Shown here: in pieces, positions 49,767 through 62,700 of the stretch
How positions within the stretch are numbered: the stretch's first letter is position 1
Layout: each line of letters begins with the position of its first letter
Origin: Tricharina praecox
Taxonomy: Eukaryota
Direction of reading: 5' to 3'
Length of the DNA: 64,000 nucleotides
Assembly: GCF_024521635.1 (NCBI RefSeq)
Contig: NW_026250414.1
Location: 868,001-932,000, forward strand
Position numbers and translations under genes: made by a program
Notes under the pieces: model-generated
The model's database searches: none
The model's input: the letters and a program-made list of their open reading frames with translations, nothing else
What the model was told of the DNA's origin: nothing

Positions 49767-52700
49767 ACCCACTCGACCCAGCTTAAGTCCCCCTCAAAAA
49801 TAAAATACACTGCGGCGTCACCGGGTGACATTTTATGATCACGCTCACAAACAAAAAAAGAAAAAACCGGAAAAAAACGGAAAAAACCACAACTCCCTCC
49901 CGCTCTTGTCCTGTACTATATCACTCGTATACGTGTGTAGCCTGATTGGATATTCGCTCCCCCCACTCTCCGCCGTTGAGCAGTGCGAGTTGCAGAAACG
50001 CAGATGGCCAAGTACCCAGTGTGACGACAGAGGCGCTTCCTATAGTACATAGAAGCGGATTCGACGGCCACGGCAGCCGCTGAACTCGGTCACAAGATTC
50101 ACACAAAGCATTCCGAGCCGTGCGGGCACTTGATCTCCACAGAAGGGATGAATCGTGAGAGCAAGCCTATTCTAGTATAGCTACTATGCAGTACTCTGGG
50201 AGTCTGGGACGATTGTTGTTTGCAGTGGCTACTATATCCACCAACTTAATAGGTATGCCGCATCGGGAGCAACCCGTGAGCGTCGAAAGCGGTACATAAG
50301 TATGTACTTGTTTATACCCACCCGCTTACAGATACCGGTATTAGGAACGGGATTATCGTGGTGATGGAGTTGCCCCGGTTCCGTGTCGACGGAAGCCCGG
50401 AGGACTCGACACTCGTCACTCGTGCAACCCACACTCGCCGCGCTGGGCTCGGGAGTCGGGAGTCGGGATGGGAGTTTCTTCCGGACTCCGAATCACGCTT
50501 ATGTAGCATCGGAGCTTTTGTTTACTCATCATAGGTACTTACATAGCATTCGACCTTGAGTACTAGTAGATCGTGATCAAGTGCATGGTCAGGTGCACAA
50601 TCCCCATTCGCTTCCACGGTTCCACCGCACGCTTACATACCTGTCACCATCACCATCGGTGCGGAATATTACTGTACCGGGTGATCCACCATGACCCGAC
50701 CAACCGATCAACTTACACAGCAGCAGCAGCGCTCTCGCGTCGCTTATCGCCTTACATACCTGCAGTGCGCACCGGTGTGTATAAAATCGGTAGCAGGACG
50801 CACATACCTGGGTATCTGTAGACTCGCGCAGCCTTTCGTTCGATGTCGCGGCAATCTGCTGGCCGGCCACGTGCGGTCGGTGACCGGTCAGCTGCCTATC
50901 GTCTACCGAGTAGGTACTCGGCTGCTCCTCCACCGGAGCCGTGCGGAAATCTTTACTGTACGTACTACTGAACCAGCACGAGGCGAAAGAAATGGTCATG
51001 TCAATTCCGGTGCAGCTCCCCAGGTGGCTAGGCCCCAGGGGGTGACTCACGGTGACAAGTCACCACACGGACGAGTTCCCTCCTACCGCGTGAGACGAGA
51101 GCGAGCGCGAGACCCGCGTACCGAGTGTGGAGCATCTGAGGCCGGTCAACGGCACACGTAACTATCAGTCTATCATACACCCACGCCACGTCTCGTCTCG
51201 TCTCCGGTCAGCAGTCTATTCCATTCCGTTCCTCTCCCGCCACTACTAGTACCAGTACACTACCAGTACTAACAACTAGACCGATCTGCCGTGCAAAAAG
51301 AGTGCTTAGGTGAGTGAGTCTCCGTCTCCGTCTCGGTACGAAGCGAAAACGAGACGCGGATTATGCGGATTATCATATGTGGATTAACGATGTGGAGCCG
51401 GTGAGCCGGTGAGCGAGCGCGGGGGTGGAGGGGGTGGAGATGCGGGCGCCTGGCGGGGAGCGAGGTCAGCTAGACTACTCTAGTGGCAGAGTGCACGCAA
51501 AATTCTGTAGAGTAGAGTAGAGTACCTAGAGTAGAGAACTACGCGGCCCTTGAGGCCACGGATTTGTTACTTGGGTATGTGACTGTGTGAGTGTGAGTAT
51601 GTACTCGCCGACTACTCTCCGACTGGTCGCAACTCGCAGGAGTTGAGCGTTTCCCAGCATCTCCAGCGCCGTCCAGCTGCCGTTGATGTCGGATATGTAC
51701 CTACATCGCAGCCCCCAGCAGCTACCAGCAGCGCGCATACCCCCCTCCCCGCACCCCGGCGGGCCCCAGGATTTCGGATTTCGCGCAGCTGAGTTGAGCT
51801 GGCCTGGACTACGGTGCGTCGGTGCGCGGTAGATCCAAACCGCCAATCCTCGTCGTCCAGCACCGAAGCCAAAATCTTTTCCTTTCAGCTCGACTTCCAT
51901 CGCGAGTTCTGCGGGTACGTACATACAATAAATACTCTGCGTGCGATGGATCTGGATGCCCCAGCTGCAGCAATAGCAGCAGCTGCTGCAGCGAATCATC
52001 CAAGTCCCCAGCCTTTTTCAGCTCTCGTCGTCCATCTATACATCCAAGCATCCAGCCAGCGTCCATATTTATGTAGTGTACCTGTGATATTTTGGTCTGC
52101 ATAACAGAGATCCGTCAGCGGCGGCCAGCCCTATGCACGTACTTACATAACTGCTAGTAATTATAGTTATGCAAGTGTGGAGAGTAACGTGGGCGTTTGA
52201 AGTTTCGGCTCACTCCGCCGTGGTCCTCCTCTCGATACCGCCGCGACGACTTTTTTCTGCTTTCGTTCTTTCTTGATTCGTTTCTGTCGTTCGTTCTTTG
52301 CCTTAGGCCCCCCCTCCCCCCTCGTTTCCCGTTGCCATTGCCCCGTCCCCATTGCCCCGCAGGAGCTCGTGGGGGGAGGGGAAAGGGGAGCCTGATGGTT
52401 TCAGATGTACCGTACACCACTATATAGATTTTTTAACTCCGATGCGATGCAATCGCGCCTTTAGGGGGGCGGGGGGGCGGACCCCACCATCCACCATCGC
52501 GGGGAGATTGCGTTGCAACTTTGCTGGTTGCGCGTTTTGCTTGCCGGAGGGGGGGGGAAGTTTTCTCGTTTCGCTTGAGGAGGAGGAGTTTTGTCGAGTG
52601 TCTATCATCCGATCTTCCCAGTTGTGCAGCGTGCTCATTGATATTCAGGGCTGAACCTTCGACTCCTCCCCAGTCCCCACATCCCCGCAGCTACATGAGT

Positions 52701-53754
52701 AGCTAGGGAACTGGGGGACTGGGTAACTGGGTGGTTATTAGTTGTACATGTATACACGCGATTGCAATTCGCAATCTCTTCACATTCCCTTCCCCTCCTG
52801 TTCTTCTTCTTCGCTTCTTCCTGCTCCCCTCGCGACTCCCCTCCAGCCCCAGAGTCCAGAGTCCCAGACTGTCCCCGCAGGCTCGCACTGTTATCCGCTC
52901 CATCCGTCGCCCATCACCCATAACCCATCACCCGTCGTACGCAATCTCAATCTCAAATCTCAAAAACTCCCGCATGCTGTATCTAGAGTGCGAACGGAGT
53001 AGCGATGATCCGCACCGGTGACCAGTAAGTGACCAGTCGGCGCCGACGATCCGATCCGCTGTTGCCGCCGCGCCGCTATGGGTACGAGGGTACTCTGCTG
53101 GCTAGTAGGCTGCATGGGGCCAGGCTCCAGCCAGCCAACCAATTCGTTAGTTGGTGGGGGGCTCCCGAAATTGCAGTGTTGGAACTTGTTCATTTCTGGA
53201 TTCGTTTCGATACGGTGCGTACGTACGTGCGTGCTTGAAGCGGAGGAAACAGAAGCAGGAGGAAACGAAGCAATCGCGCCGTGCATACATGGAGTGACGA
53301 CTCACGAAACGCACGACGAGTGCGGCTGGCTTGCTGGCTTGCTGGCTGAACTGGTGGGCGGCGGGGTGGAGGGCTGGAGGGCTGGTGGGCTGGTGCCTAG
53401 GCCGACCTATTGCCCCACAATACCCACAATACCCATAACGCCCATAATGCCCACATGGCGCGCTGGGCTGGGAAGTGGGCTTGGATATTGAGCTTGGAGG
53501 TTGTGCTGTTGCCTGGTTACTACTCTATGATACCATGGTACCGTATCGAGTATCGACGGGTGTTGCCTTGCCTTGTGTTGCCTTGGGTTGTGCTGCCTTG
53601 TGTTGTGTTGCATCGCACTTCCGTGGCCGCTTCGAGGACCTCCCATCAACCACGCACCACGCACCACCATCGCCCACAGTCCAGTCCACCCCACCGTCGC
53701 ATCGGAAGTTCAAGCACCTCACCCCTCACCCCTCCATAGAGTACCGTACGGTAG

Positions 53755-53905
53755 ACCATGGACCATGGACACCCGTGTACCTTGCACATGGACCATGGAC
53801 ACCCGTGTACCTTGCACATGGCACATGTCCGGTACATATAACATGCCCGGTACATGCCCGGTATCTACATGCCCGGCACGTACATGCCCGGTACATGCTC
53901 GGTAT
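53755..53905. repeat. 30-bp tandem duplication followed by an ACATGCCCGG-type repeat
   Basis: (accatggacacccgtgtaccttgcacatgg)x2, then acatg(t/c)(c/t)cgg about six times. Confidence 0.85.
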
Positions 53906-54558
53906 CCACATTCCCGGTCACGGCACCAAACACCCATGCAGACATATTGCTCACACATTGTATATTGCACATTGCACATTGACATTGCACGGTGGACATT
54001 GCACGGTACGGTGCCGCATTCTGGCCGAGCAGAATAGACAGACCCAGGTACTCTGCCTTGAGGCTTGAGTACCGTGAGTACCGTGGGTGGTGCACGCAGT
54101 ACCGCAGCACGAGTATCTATGTAGAGTAGGTAGAGTAGATAGAAGGTAGCGAAGGAGCGAAGGAGCGTCGCATACACAAACACAAACACGTACCGTACAT
54201 ACCCGGGCACCCGGGCACCCAGGTACCCAGGTACGCAGCGATATGCGTCGGGGCAAATCTATGCACCTGCATACCCACCATACCGTCGCATAGCATAGGA
54301 TAGATACCCTACGTCACCCCGCCGCTCCCATCCAACCCATACTAACCATCCGTCCCCGCCCTACTCCCACCTTACCTCCGCCGCACTTCCGCCTAACTTC
54401 CGCCTAACTTCCGCCACGCATCCTTCCGTCGCCGCCGCACATCCGCCCGTCTCCGGCCATCCCAGCCATTCCGGCCGGTCCGGGGGCGGGCCACGAATCC
54501 ATCCTGCCGCTATATACTCTACATATGGGTATCATATGTATCATATGTATGCACTCGT

Positions 54559-54593
<35 letters not shown>

Positions 54594-55282
54594 CAAGTAT
54601 GTCTCGCGAGCGTCGGCACAACTAATACCCCTCCCCCCTCCTCCCTCCTCCCACCCACGTCCCCCATCCCCCATGCCCGCCCTGCTTGCTTGCGCTTCCT
54701 CCCTGCGTTCACCGGGCATGGGCTTGGGCTACACGGGCGGGCCAATCACAGACCGCTGTCGCCCACTGTTGGTAGGTAGTCTGCGACCAGCACCACCGCG
54801 CCGCCGACGCCGCCGCATTGCTGCAGTGAATGCAGATTCCAGACTCTCCAGCGCAGAGAAGACCACTACGGAAATGGACACGACGAGATGAGACCGGACA
54901 TGTGACTTGAGTGCGCTTCTTCTGATCCTCTGCTTCTTCTATTCCGAAAACTGAACCACCATATCGCCATACCATACATACATCAAAAATACCCGCCCTT
55001 TACTCCCACTCCCATTCCCATTCCCATTCCCGCGCGGAAACCCATCGCAAAAACCCAAACCCAAACCCCCAAAAGAAAACAAAATGTAAAACCTCAGCTC
55101 AACCCAGACATACAGCACATGCACAGTCTCCCAAATAGAAGTAGAAGAAGCGGAAGTAGAAGAAAAAATCTGTTCAGTTCATAAAAGAAAAAAAAACACC
55201 GTTTCGGCCAATCAAGACTTGGCCCCCATCGATATCTCATGCGCACTGTAGCTGTAGAGTACTCTACTTCTCGAGCAAACCA

Positions 55283-55316
<34 letters not shown>

Positions 55317-55936
55317 CCAATTCGACCCAACCCACACAACCCATCCCAACCCAGCCCAGCCAAACCCACACGACCCAACCCACCCCCCGCTACCCCCTTT
55401 CGAACGAAGAATCGCCAGAGCAAGAAAGAAAAAGAAAAAAGAAAAACCCCTTCCGAACCCGCACCAAAAAGCAAACGCGAGAACACCCCGCCGAAAACGA
55501 AAACGAAAAGAAAAGAAAGACGTGAAGAACAATGTGCCCAGAAAATACAGCCAGTTAAACACCTTCGCGAGAGAGACAAGAGAAAGAAGAAAAAATCGAA
55601 AAAGAAAAGAAAAGAAAAAACAGTAATCGGAAAAAACAGGCAGAAAATCAAAACATAACATCATCATCTAAGTGTTGCGCCCAATACAATATGGATACAG
55701 TTGTCTGCCTCGCGGCAGTTCCCAGTTCCCGTCTATAGCCCCCCGGATAGTAAGAGAATACAAAGGAAAGAGATGGAGGAGATTCGGAAGGAAAGAAAGA
55801 AAAAGAAAACAACGGAAGCGATTCTAGTTCTCCTGCTTTATCGTCACGGCCGAGTGTGTGGGAGGGCTGTGGTGGTGGTGGTGGTGGTGATCCTGCGCGT
55901 AGTAGTTGTTGTAGTAGTTGTTGGGATCTGGGGTTT

Positions 55937-56877
55937 CTAGGGGTGATCTGTTAGTTCAACGCTTGGGAGGAGAAGATCGGGGTAGCTGCTAATGCTCACC
56001 TGAGAGGCCGGTGTACGACAAGTAGTACGGAGACATGGTGTTCTCGTAGGCCGGAGTCGTCTTGGGCGCTGCGTACTCGGGGGCAACGCTGCTGTAGCCA
56101 GAGATGCGGGATGAGGGCAGCGGCAGGTAGGCCGACTCGGCGCCCGAGGACGTCGTTGGCACCGGGGTTCCGCAGGTCGCCTCGACTATCGAGGACAGTG
56201 TCGGGGTCGAGTAGGTGCTGTACATGTAGTGGGGAGGGGTGTTTGACGAGAGATCAGCGATCGCCGGGAGCTGTGAATGCGATGCGCCGGTGGTGGAGGG
56301 CTGGTAGTAGCTGTAGCTGCTGGAGTCGGACGAGAAAGCCGGGGCGTACGAGGGCGAGTGTGCGCCGCCGGTCGACCGGTACGAAGAGTAGTTGCTGCTG
56401 GAGGTGGTGTAGGCGCTGCTGCTGACCGAAGGGTAGCTGTCTCGTGACGGGGGAGAGTTGGTCATGTGGGGCTCGGAGCTGGGCGGCGGCGAGTGGAGGG
56501 GCTGCTCGGCCGACGACTCGCGGGTCGAGCGACCATCAGTGTCCTCTCCGTTGGGAGAGATGGAGCGCGAGGCAGCGCGGCGCTCGAGGTCTTCAAGACG
56601 ACGCTTCAGCTTCTTGCCTGTTTATCTGTTAGCTTTGTCGGAGGAGGGGAGGGGGTTGTGGGAACGTACGGTAGTTGCGCTGAGCGATGCGGTTCTGGAT
56701 CCTGCGACGCTCGGCAAGGTCGCTGATCTTGGTCCAGTCCTCGTCGGGGTTGGTTGACCCGCGGAACTCGGTGGTGCTCGAAACACGGGTGGGTGCCGGG
56801 CGAGCGTAGTGCTGTGGCGAGACTGAAGGCATGTTTACTGGGGAAGCGTATTGATACTGTGTCTGCTGGTGGTGCAT
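55937..56877 (-). CDS. bZIP transcription factor of the EDWTKISDLAERRRIQNRIAQRNYR class; introns 56669-56618 and probably 55999-55948
   Basis: PDEDWTKISDLAERRRIQNRIAQRNY-RKKLKRRLEDLE basic region split by a GTACGT..CTAAC..CAG intron; Ser/Tyr/Pro-rich tail; probable terminal micro-exon DHP* (stop at 55989 if the intron is retained). Confidence 0.9.
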
Positions 56878-58772
56878 GCTGTCTGGGTAGGAGATGGGTG
56901 AAGCTCGGAGGTGTAGTAGTGGCAGTAGTAGTAGTGGTAGTGGTGTAGTAGTAGTAGTCGTTGCAGTAGTCGGGATAGTGGATCTGGATGTGGTGGATGT
57001 GATGTAGTAGTAGGGGTGGTTTATGGACTGTACCGCCTGACTGGCTTGGTGGTGATAGTGGTGGTGATGCTGATGGTGTTGGTGATGATGATTTCAGAGT
57101 GAGGGGGACGGAAGGGTAGATATTTATCGACCTCCGATCTGGTGCCCGGTGGTGAAGGCTGAGTCGTCGGAACCATGCAAGGGAGATGCTTTCTTCGGAG
57201 GTGGCTTGAGTAGCGTGTATTACTGGGGGGGGGGGGGGGTGAGTGCATGGAGGTATGGTGGAGGGAGCCCATGTAGGTAGTGCGGCCTCACAGCTGCTGT
57301 ACGAGCTGCTGCTGCTGCTTGCTGCGTTAGACGGAGAAAGCAGAAGAAGCAAAACAGCCTTACCCAGCGACTAGGCCATGGACGATGGGGCCAGCATCGA
57401 CCTAGTGGCATCACCCACACACCCTGGCTCCCCTCGACCTTCGAACCCCAGACCACCCGCCGATGGAAGGACGCATGGAATCTTCTCTGTGGCTTCCTTT
57501 CCCACCCACCCCTCTAGCTCGTCCGCACGAGTGTCTCGGCCAGCGTCTTCCCCCTTCCCCCCCTCCCATCCATCCCCCTCTCCCCCCCTCCCAGATTTGT
57601 GGGTATCTTCCCGGTGCCCGACCAGCTTCGGACTGGAGTTGCTCTCGGGGTCGCACAGCAGACGTCCCCTGCTATTTCTCCATGCAGTCCGAGCTGGTTT
57701 GGGACACTGCAGCCCAGTCGACACTGGACAGCTTCTGACCAAGCACCTTACAGAAGCCACCACCAGGAGCAATACCACGGTGGAGAGGTGGAAACCACAC
57801 ATCCCATAGAATAGTTGCTCTGGCCATCACGCCCACTTTCACGGCGCATGGCGAGGGAGTCCGAGTCGCAATGCATTGCGCCAGCCAGCCAGCCAGCCAT
57901 AGCCTCCCTCCCCCTTCGAGGCTTGTGGTTGATGCATGGCGCGCAAACGTTTCTCGCGGGCAGATCTGTCAGAAGCGGAATATGTATCATGGACGAAGAA
58001 GAACAAGCAGTAGAAGAACAAGCGCAAGGCAGCAGAGACAGTCGCTGCAGCCGCACACCGATAATCCCTCGCACATCGTTGTCCTACACACATACATACA
58101 TACATACATGGCAGGCAGGCAAATCGCAAAGAGGCCATACATGTCGGCGGCGGCACCACTCCTGCCCACTGCCCAGTGTCGCCCAGGTGATGGGAGGCTA
58201 TGATTCTGGCCGCCGTGGTGGAGGGTGGGCATGGCCGTGGTTGGGATGAGTGTGCGCAGTGTGAGTGTGTGTGGTGTGTGTGGTGTGCACTGTGTGTTCT
58301 ATGTGTGGTGTGGGTGTGTGTGCTATGAAAAGTGCTCTTGGGTGGTCTTGGATGTCGGCCGGCGGGGCTATTACTGGCTGCCTGGGTTCACCGTAGCGAC
58401 ACGGTCGACCACCAGTCCACCACTCCTCACAATAATTTGACCGACTCCGACCCACCACCACCACCACCACCACCACCACCCCTCTCACAGCGAGCTGCAT
58501 TATCCGCAGTCCCCGCCGCCGTTTCTTTTTCGCCCAGCCCTGGATGGAGCGATGGGAGTGGCCCAGTGAATGTTTTTTTTGGGATGCTTCCCCTCCCCCC
58601 CCGGGCACATGTTCCCACAATATTCCGCTATGTGATCGAGCTTTGGGTATTGTTAGCTCCCCTCGCGTTTGCTACCGCTTGTGGTTGGTTGGCAGTTGGC
58701 AGTTGCTACTCCTCCTCCTCCAGCTCCTCCTACGCGGAAGAAGCTAAAGCTGAAGCGGAGGAAGAAATTGCA

Positions 58773-58820
58773 ATGGAAATGGAAATGGAAATGGAAATGG
58801 AAATGGAAATGGAAATGGAA
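58773..58820. repeat. (ATGGAA)8 microsatellite
   Basis: Read directly; other SSRs nearby: (GCAG)n ~54559-54595, (CA)n ~55286-55312, (CAC)n ~58452-58480, (TTCC)n ~63561-63606. Confidence 0.95.
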
Positions 58821-61089
58821 ATGTTCCCACACCTGGACGAATCGGTATCGTATGGCTTTGAAAAAAAGAAAGAAGAAAAGAAAAAAAAGAAGAAGGAAAG
58901 AGAAAAAAAGTCGGGATGAAAGTTGAAACGCGCAGGTATGGAAATAGCACCTGACAGATCATCTCAAATCTCGATATATCCCCAGCGACCGTCGGCGTGG
59001 ATCTCGCTGCTGCTGCTGCACGTAACTACGGTACATACATACATACCATGCTGGGGACGGTTGCAAATAGATGGGTACTCGAGCTACTCGAGGCTCAAGC
59101 TTGAAGGCTTCAGGCGCCAGGTGCCGGAAATGCATCGTGACTCGCATCGTGAGTCGGGGGCCGCATCGGCCGTAAAGACTCAAGGATCGTGAGCGAGTGC
59201 TCTACTCTATTCATGTCTATTCAAGTCCGTTCGTATTCTCGGGCAACATGCTCGTCATGTCCGCCCCACTACCCACTACCTATCCACCGTGACGATTCGG
59301 GAACGCCGGAAGTGGATGTGGGCGTAGAACGGTGCAAGACCAGAATTCACCAGAGCAGCAAGGGGAAACCGAGCGTGCGACGGGCATCTCCTACCATGAT
59401 GCCATCTCCTCCCATCCGTCCACTCCTCTCTAGAGTCCACGTGGTTATCGAAGGCTGAAGCCAAGCGAATTCATTATCCAAGCAATCCAAGTACATACAT
59501 CATACCGGTACATCACCAATGCACTCTATGTACATACAATGAAATGAAATAATGGGGTCGGTTCGCAATCAGTAACTGTTATCCCGATTTCCAAGGCGTG
59601 CTCCGGGATCAGGAAAGATCGCCCTCCTTCCCCGGGGACGAATGTACCTACATCAGTACGTACTTTGTTACCGGGAGAAGGAAGAGAAAAGAGAGAAAAT
59701 GGCAACCGTTCCACTTCCCCGGCTTCCCCGTCCGGTCCCGGCAGGATTCCATGTAAATGTAAATGTAATCGCGATAGGTATGTAGGTACTCGCCCCGCGC
59801 GCCGTACGAGGGATACCTAAGTACGGCAGGTATGCATGCGTGCCTAACTACTATATCTATTGTTTTCCTTTCAGATGTTGGGCCTTCAGGCTCGCCGTTG
59901 AATGGTACGGTATGTACGGTATGTACGGTACCCGGCCGGCTGGCCGGCTGAAGTCCTGCCTGCCATTGCGGGGTCGCAATCTCTCGCATCATAGCCTCGC
60001 TCGCTCGCGAGAGAGAGGAAACTACTAGTAGAAATTGAATTGAATTTGGAATTGATTTAGAACTGGAATTGCAATTGTAAATGGAATTGAATTTAGAATT
60101 AAGTAGATCAAACCGTGGCGGGGCAATACGAACCACATGCATCCCTCGCGAGTCGCGATCGCCACCACCTCCGCCCCGCTCCTTCAGGCCCCAAGGGGCA
60201 ATATTCGAAACATGGTAACGAAGCACAGGACACGGACGGATTTCCATAAATGGATGTGCTCTACTCTAGGTGGGGATTCTATTTTTTAATCTAGGTGGGC
60301 ACTGGGCAGTAGGTACACGCCTAAATGCAAATCGTATGTCTATTATCTAGCACTGCTGGGTGCTAGGTGGGTAAGTACTGGGTGCTGGATGGGTGCTGGG
60401 TGCAGTGGGCATTGGGTGCTGGGTGCAGTGGGCATTGGGTGCTGGGTGGGCAGCTGGGTGGGCGGGGCCGTAAGGCTGAGCTGCACGTATCATATGTATG
60501 TATGTGTGGTATGTACCAGGAGCTGCCAATAAGTGGTGCCTCACCACCATTACGAATTATAAGCACTAGTCTGTACCAGGAGCGCACTAAGCCAGATTCA
60601 ATTAAATGAGTGAGTGGTTGTGACCAAGTTGTATGGGGGAAAAACGCTAAGTTGTATGGGGGAAAAGCTGGTGAGGCAGCACTTACCCTTACACCCGAGT
60701 ACATACCGTATGTATATGTAAAGAATCCAGTCCACGGGCGTCGGGCGCAGGCAGACAGGCAGGGTCTGTAAATAAATACATCATACATAGAGGTATATGT
60801 AGATGTATGTATGCAGAGTAGGTATGCAAGTACACAGGTAAGGTATAAGCATGTTCTTGCCGTATGGCGTAGTTGCTCTGCCCAGTGCCCGGAGATGGAG
60901 TGGAGTACATACCTGTGTGTGATGTATGTATGGACCTGCGGTACTTGGGTATCACCCACGTGCTCACTGCACTGCACAGGGAAAGACGGGGGAAGTGTAA
61001 GGTGCGCTGAGGCGGATGAGATCGAAATACTCTACATCTATCCGCACGCGCGGTACCGTACGGTACCGTATGTAGACTACTAGTTATGG

Positions 61090-61170
61090 CCGTTGTCCAC
61101 CGTTGTAACTTGTCCACCGTTGTCCACCGTTGTAACTTGTCCACCGTTGTCCACCATTGTCCATTGTTGT
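61090..61170. repeat. 27-bp tandem repeat with a ttgtccacc subunit
   Basis: ccgttgtccaccgttgtaacttgtcca x2 plus degenerate units. Confidence 0.85.
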
Positions 61171-62676
61171 CTACCGGATATCCACATCTTTAACCGACTA
61201 GAGTAGAGCAGAGAAGAGTAGAGCAGAGTAGAGCAGATCAAAGCAAGAGTACCGTAGAGTACCATAGTCCGTCACTACCGTAGAGCAAATAGTAGCGCTG
61301 GTAACTACGGTACAAGTAGTACCGGTACATACTTGCCGGCAGGGCCATCATTCTTTTCGACAAAGTAGCCGAGCCCAGTCCCACACGGTAGAGTACAAGT
61401 ACTTCTTTAGGGAGAAGGTACCTACTCCAGAGTCCAGACTGCTGCCTAAGTGGATTTTCATTTTATTTTGTTCCTTTTGTTCCTTTTGGACGGTTGGCCC
61501 CAATTCCCAACAAAATGTCCGCATTTCGTAGCCCGCTGCCCGAAGCCCGCAGTTCGTAGCCCGATTTCGCGACCTCCCGAGTCCCGACCTCCCGCTGGGT
61601 GGCGTGCGTAGATACTAGTGGAATCGGGAGGGGTGGAGGAGCGCGGAGGTTCGTGTCCCTCGAATCCTACGTAAAACTCTAGTTGGAGTCTACTAGTAAT
61701 TGAGTATGAAACTGGAATCAAACGGCCGTTTACTTTCGGCGGTCGAACGGACTGGACATAACGGACTGAATGCGGGACCGGAATGAGCGCGGGACCACTT
61801 CGGGGGAGCTATTGACGCCACTAACTACTATTACTATCTTGAGTAACTACTGGGTATAGTTGCTACCGTAGTAGGTATGCCTGCGTAATTTATACCTGGG
61901 TAGGTACATGGCGCTTCGTTTCGTCACCGAGCAGTTCAGCCTTATCCTTTCCGATCCTCCCCTCCCCTCTCCTCCACTCCGAGTCCGAAAGTCTCTGGCA
62001 CGGCGCAACGGTGGGGTACCGTGCTTTGCCGTACTCTGCCGTCTCTACCGTGCCGTAGGTACCGAAGGGGGAGTAAATACCTCTGGCGAGGTGGATAATG
62101 GGTGTGTATTTTATAGTACCGTGTAGTATCGTATAGTACCGTCTAGCACTATACCATAGAATATACGGGTTGACACTTGACAGTACCTACATACCATAGA
62201 ATATACGGGTTAACAATATCGTATAGAATATACGGCTCGAGAAAGTATCCCTCTCCCCAAACCCAACCCGCCAACCCGCCAACCCGCAAAGTTCAAACCC
62301 ACAACCTCCCACCTTCCCCATCCGAATCCTCGGCTATCTCGAGGATTAGAGTGGTGAGTAATATGTCCCTAGGTATGTCCCTAGGTATGTCCCTACCTAG
62401 AGTACATACATACATACATGCCGTACATCGGTGGGAGGGGGGGTCTGCCTGGGCAGGCCTTGCCTTGCCCTTGCCCTTGCCCTTGCCGGGGGAGGGGGGA
62501 GGGGCGCAGGCCAACGCCTGTTTTGGGCCAGGGAATCGGACTGCTGCACAGGCACCAGCACGAAGAAGAGAAATAGTATGCTATGTAGGAGGGCGGCAAT
62601 TCCGTCACGTTGGCGGTCGGCGGAAAGATTATTCATAATTCGTGCCTGTATGATACCTACCGTATGTAACTAACTA

Positions 62677-62700
62677 GGGGGGGGGGGGGGGGGGGGGGGG
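62677..62700. repeat. Poly-G run (24 nt)
   Basis: Read directly. Confidence 0.9.

Noticed and set aside
49050-49800. Telomerase RNA, RNase P/MRP or tRNA identity for the structured region
   Set aside because: No TAACCCTAA-type template, no RNase P/MRP conserved boxes and no cloverleaf seen
53840-53895. ACATGCCC units as p53-like response elements
   Set aside because: Fungi lack p53; the match follows from the tandem repeat
58332-58919. 195-aa ORF with MEMEME and poly-Lys (and similar ORFs at 53-55 kb and 60-64 kb)
   Set aside because: Products of microsatellites and low-complexity sequence
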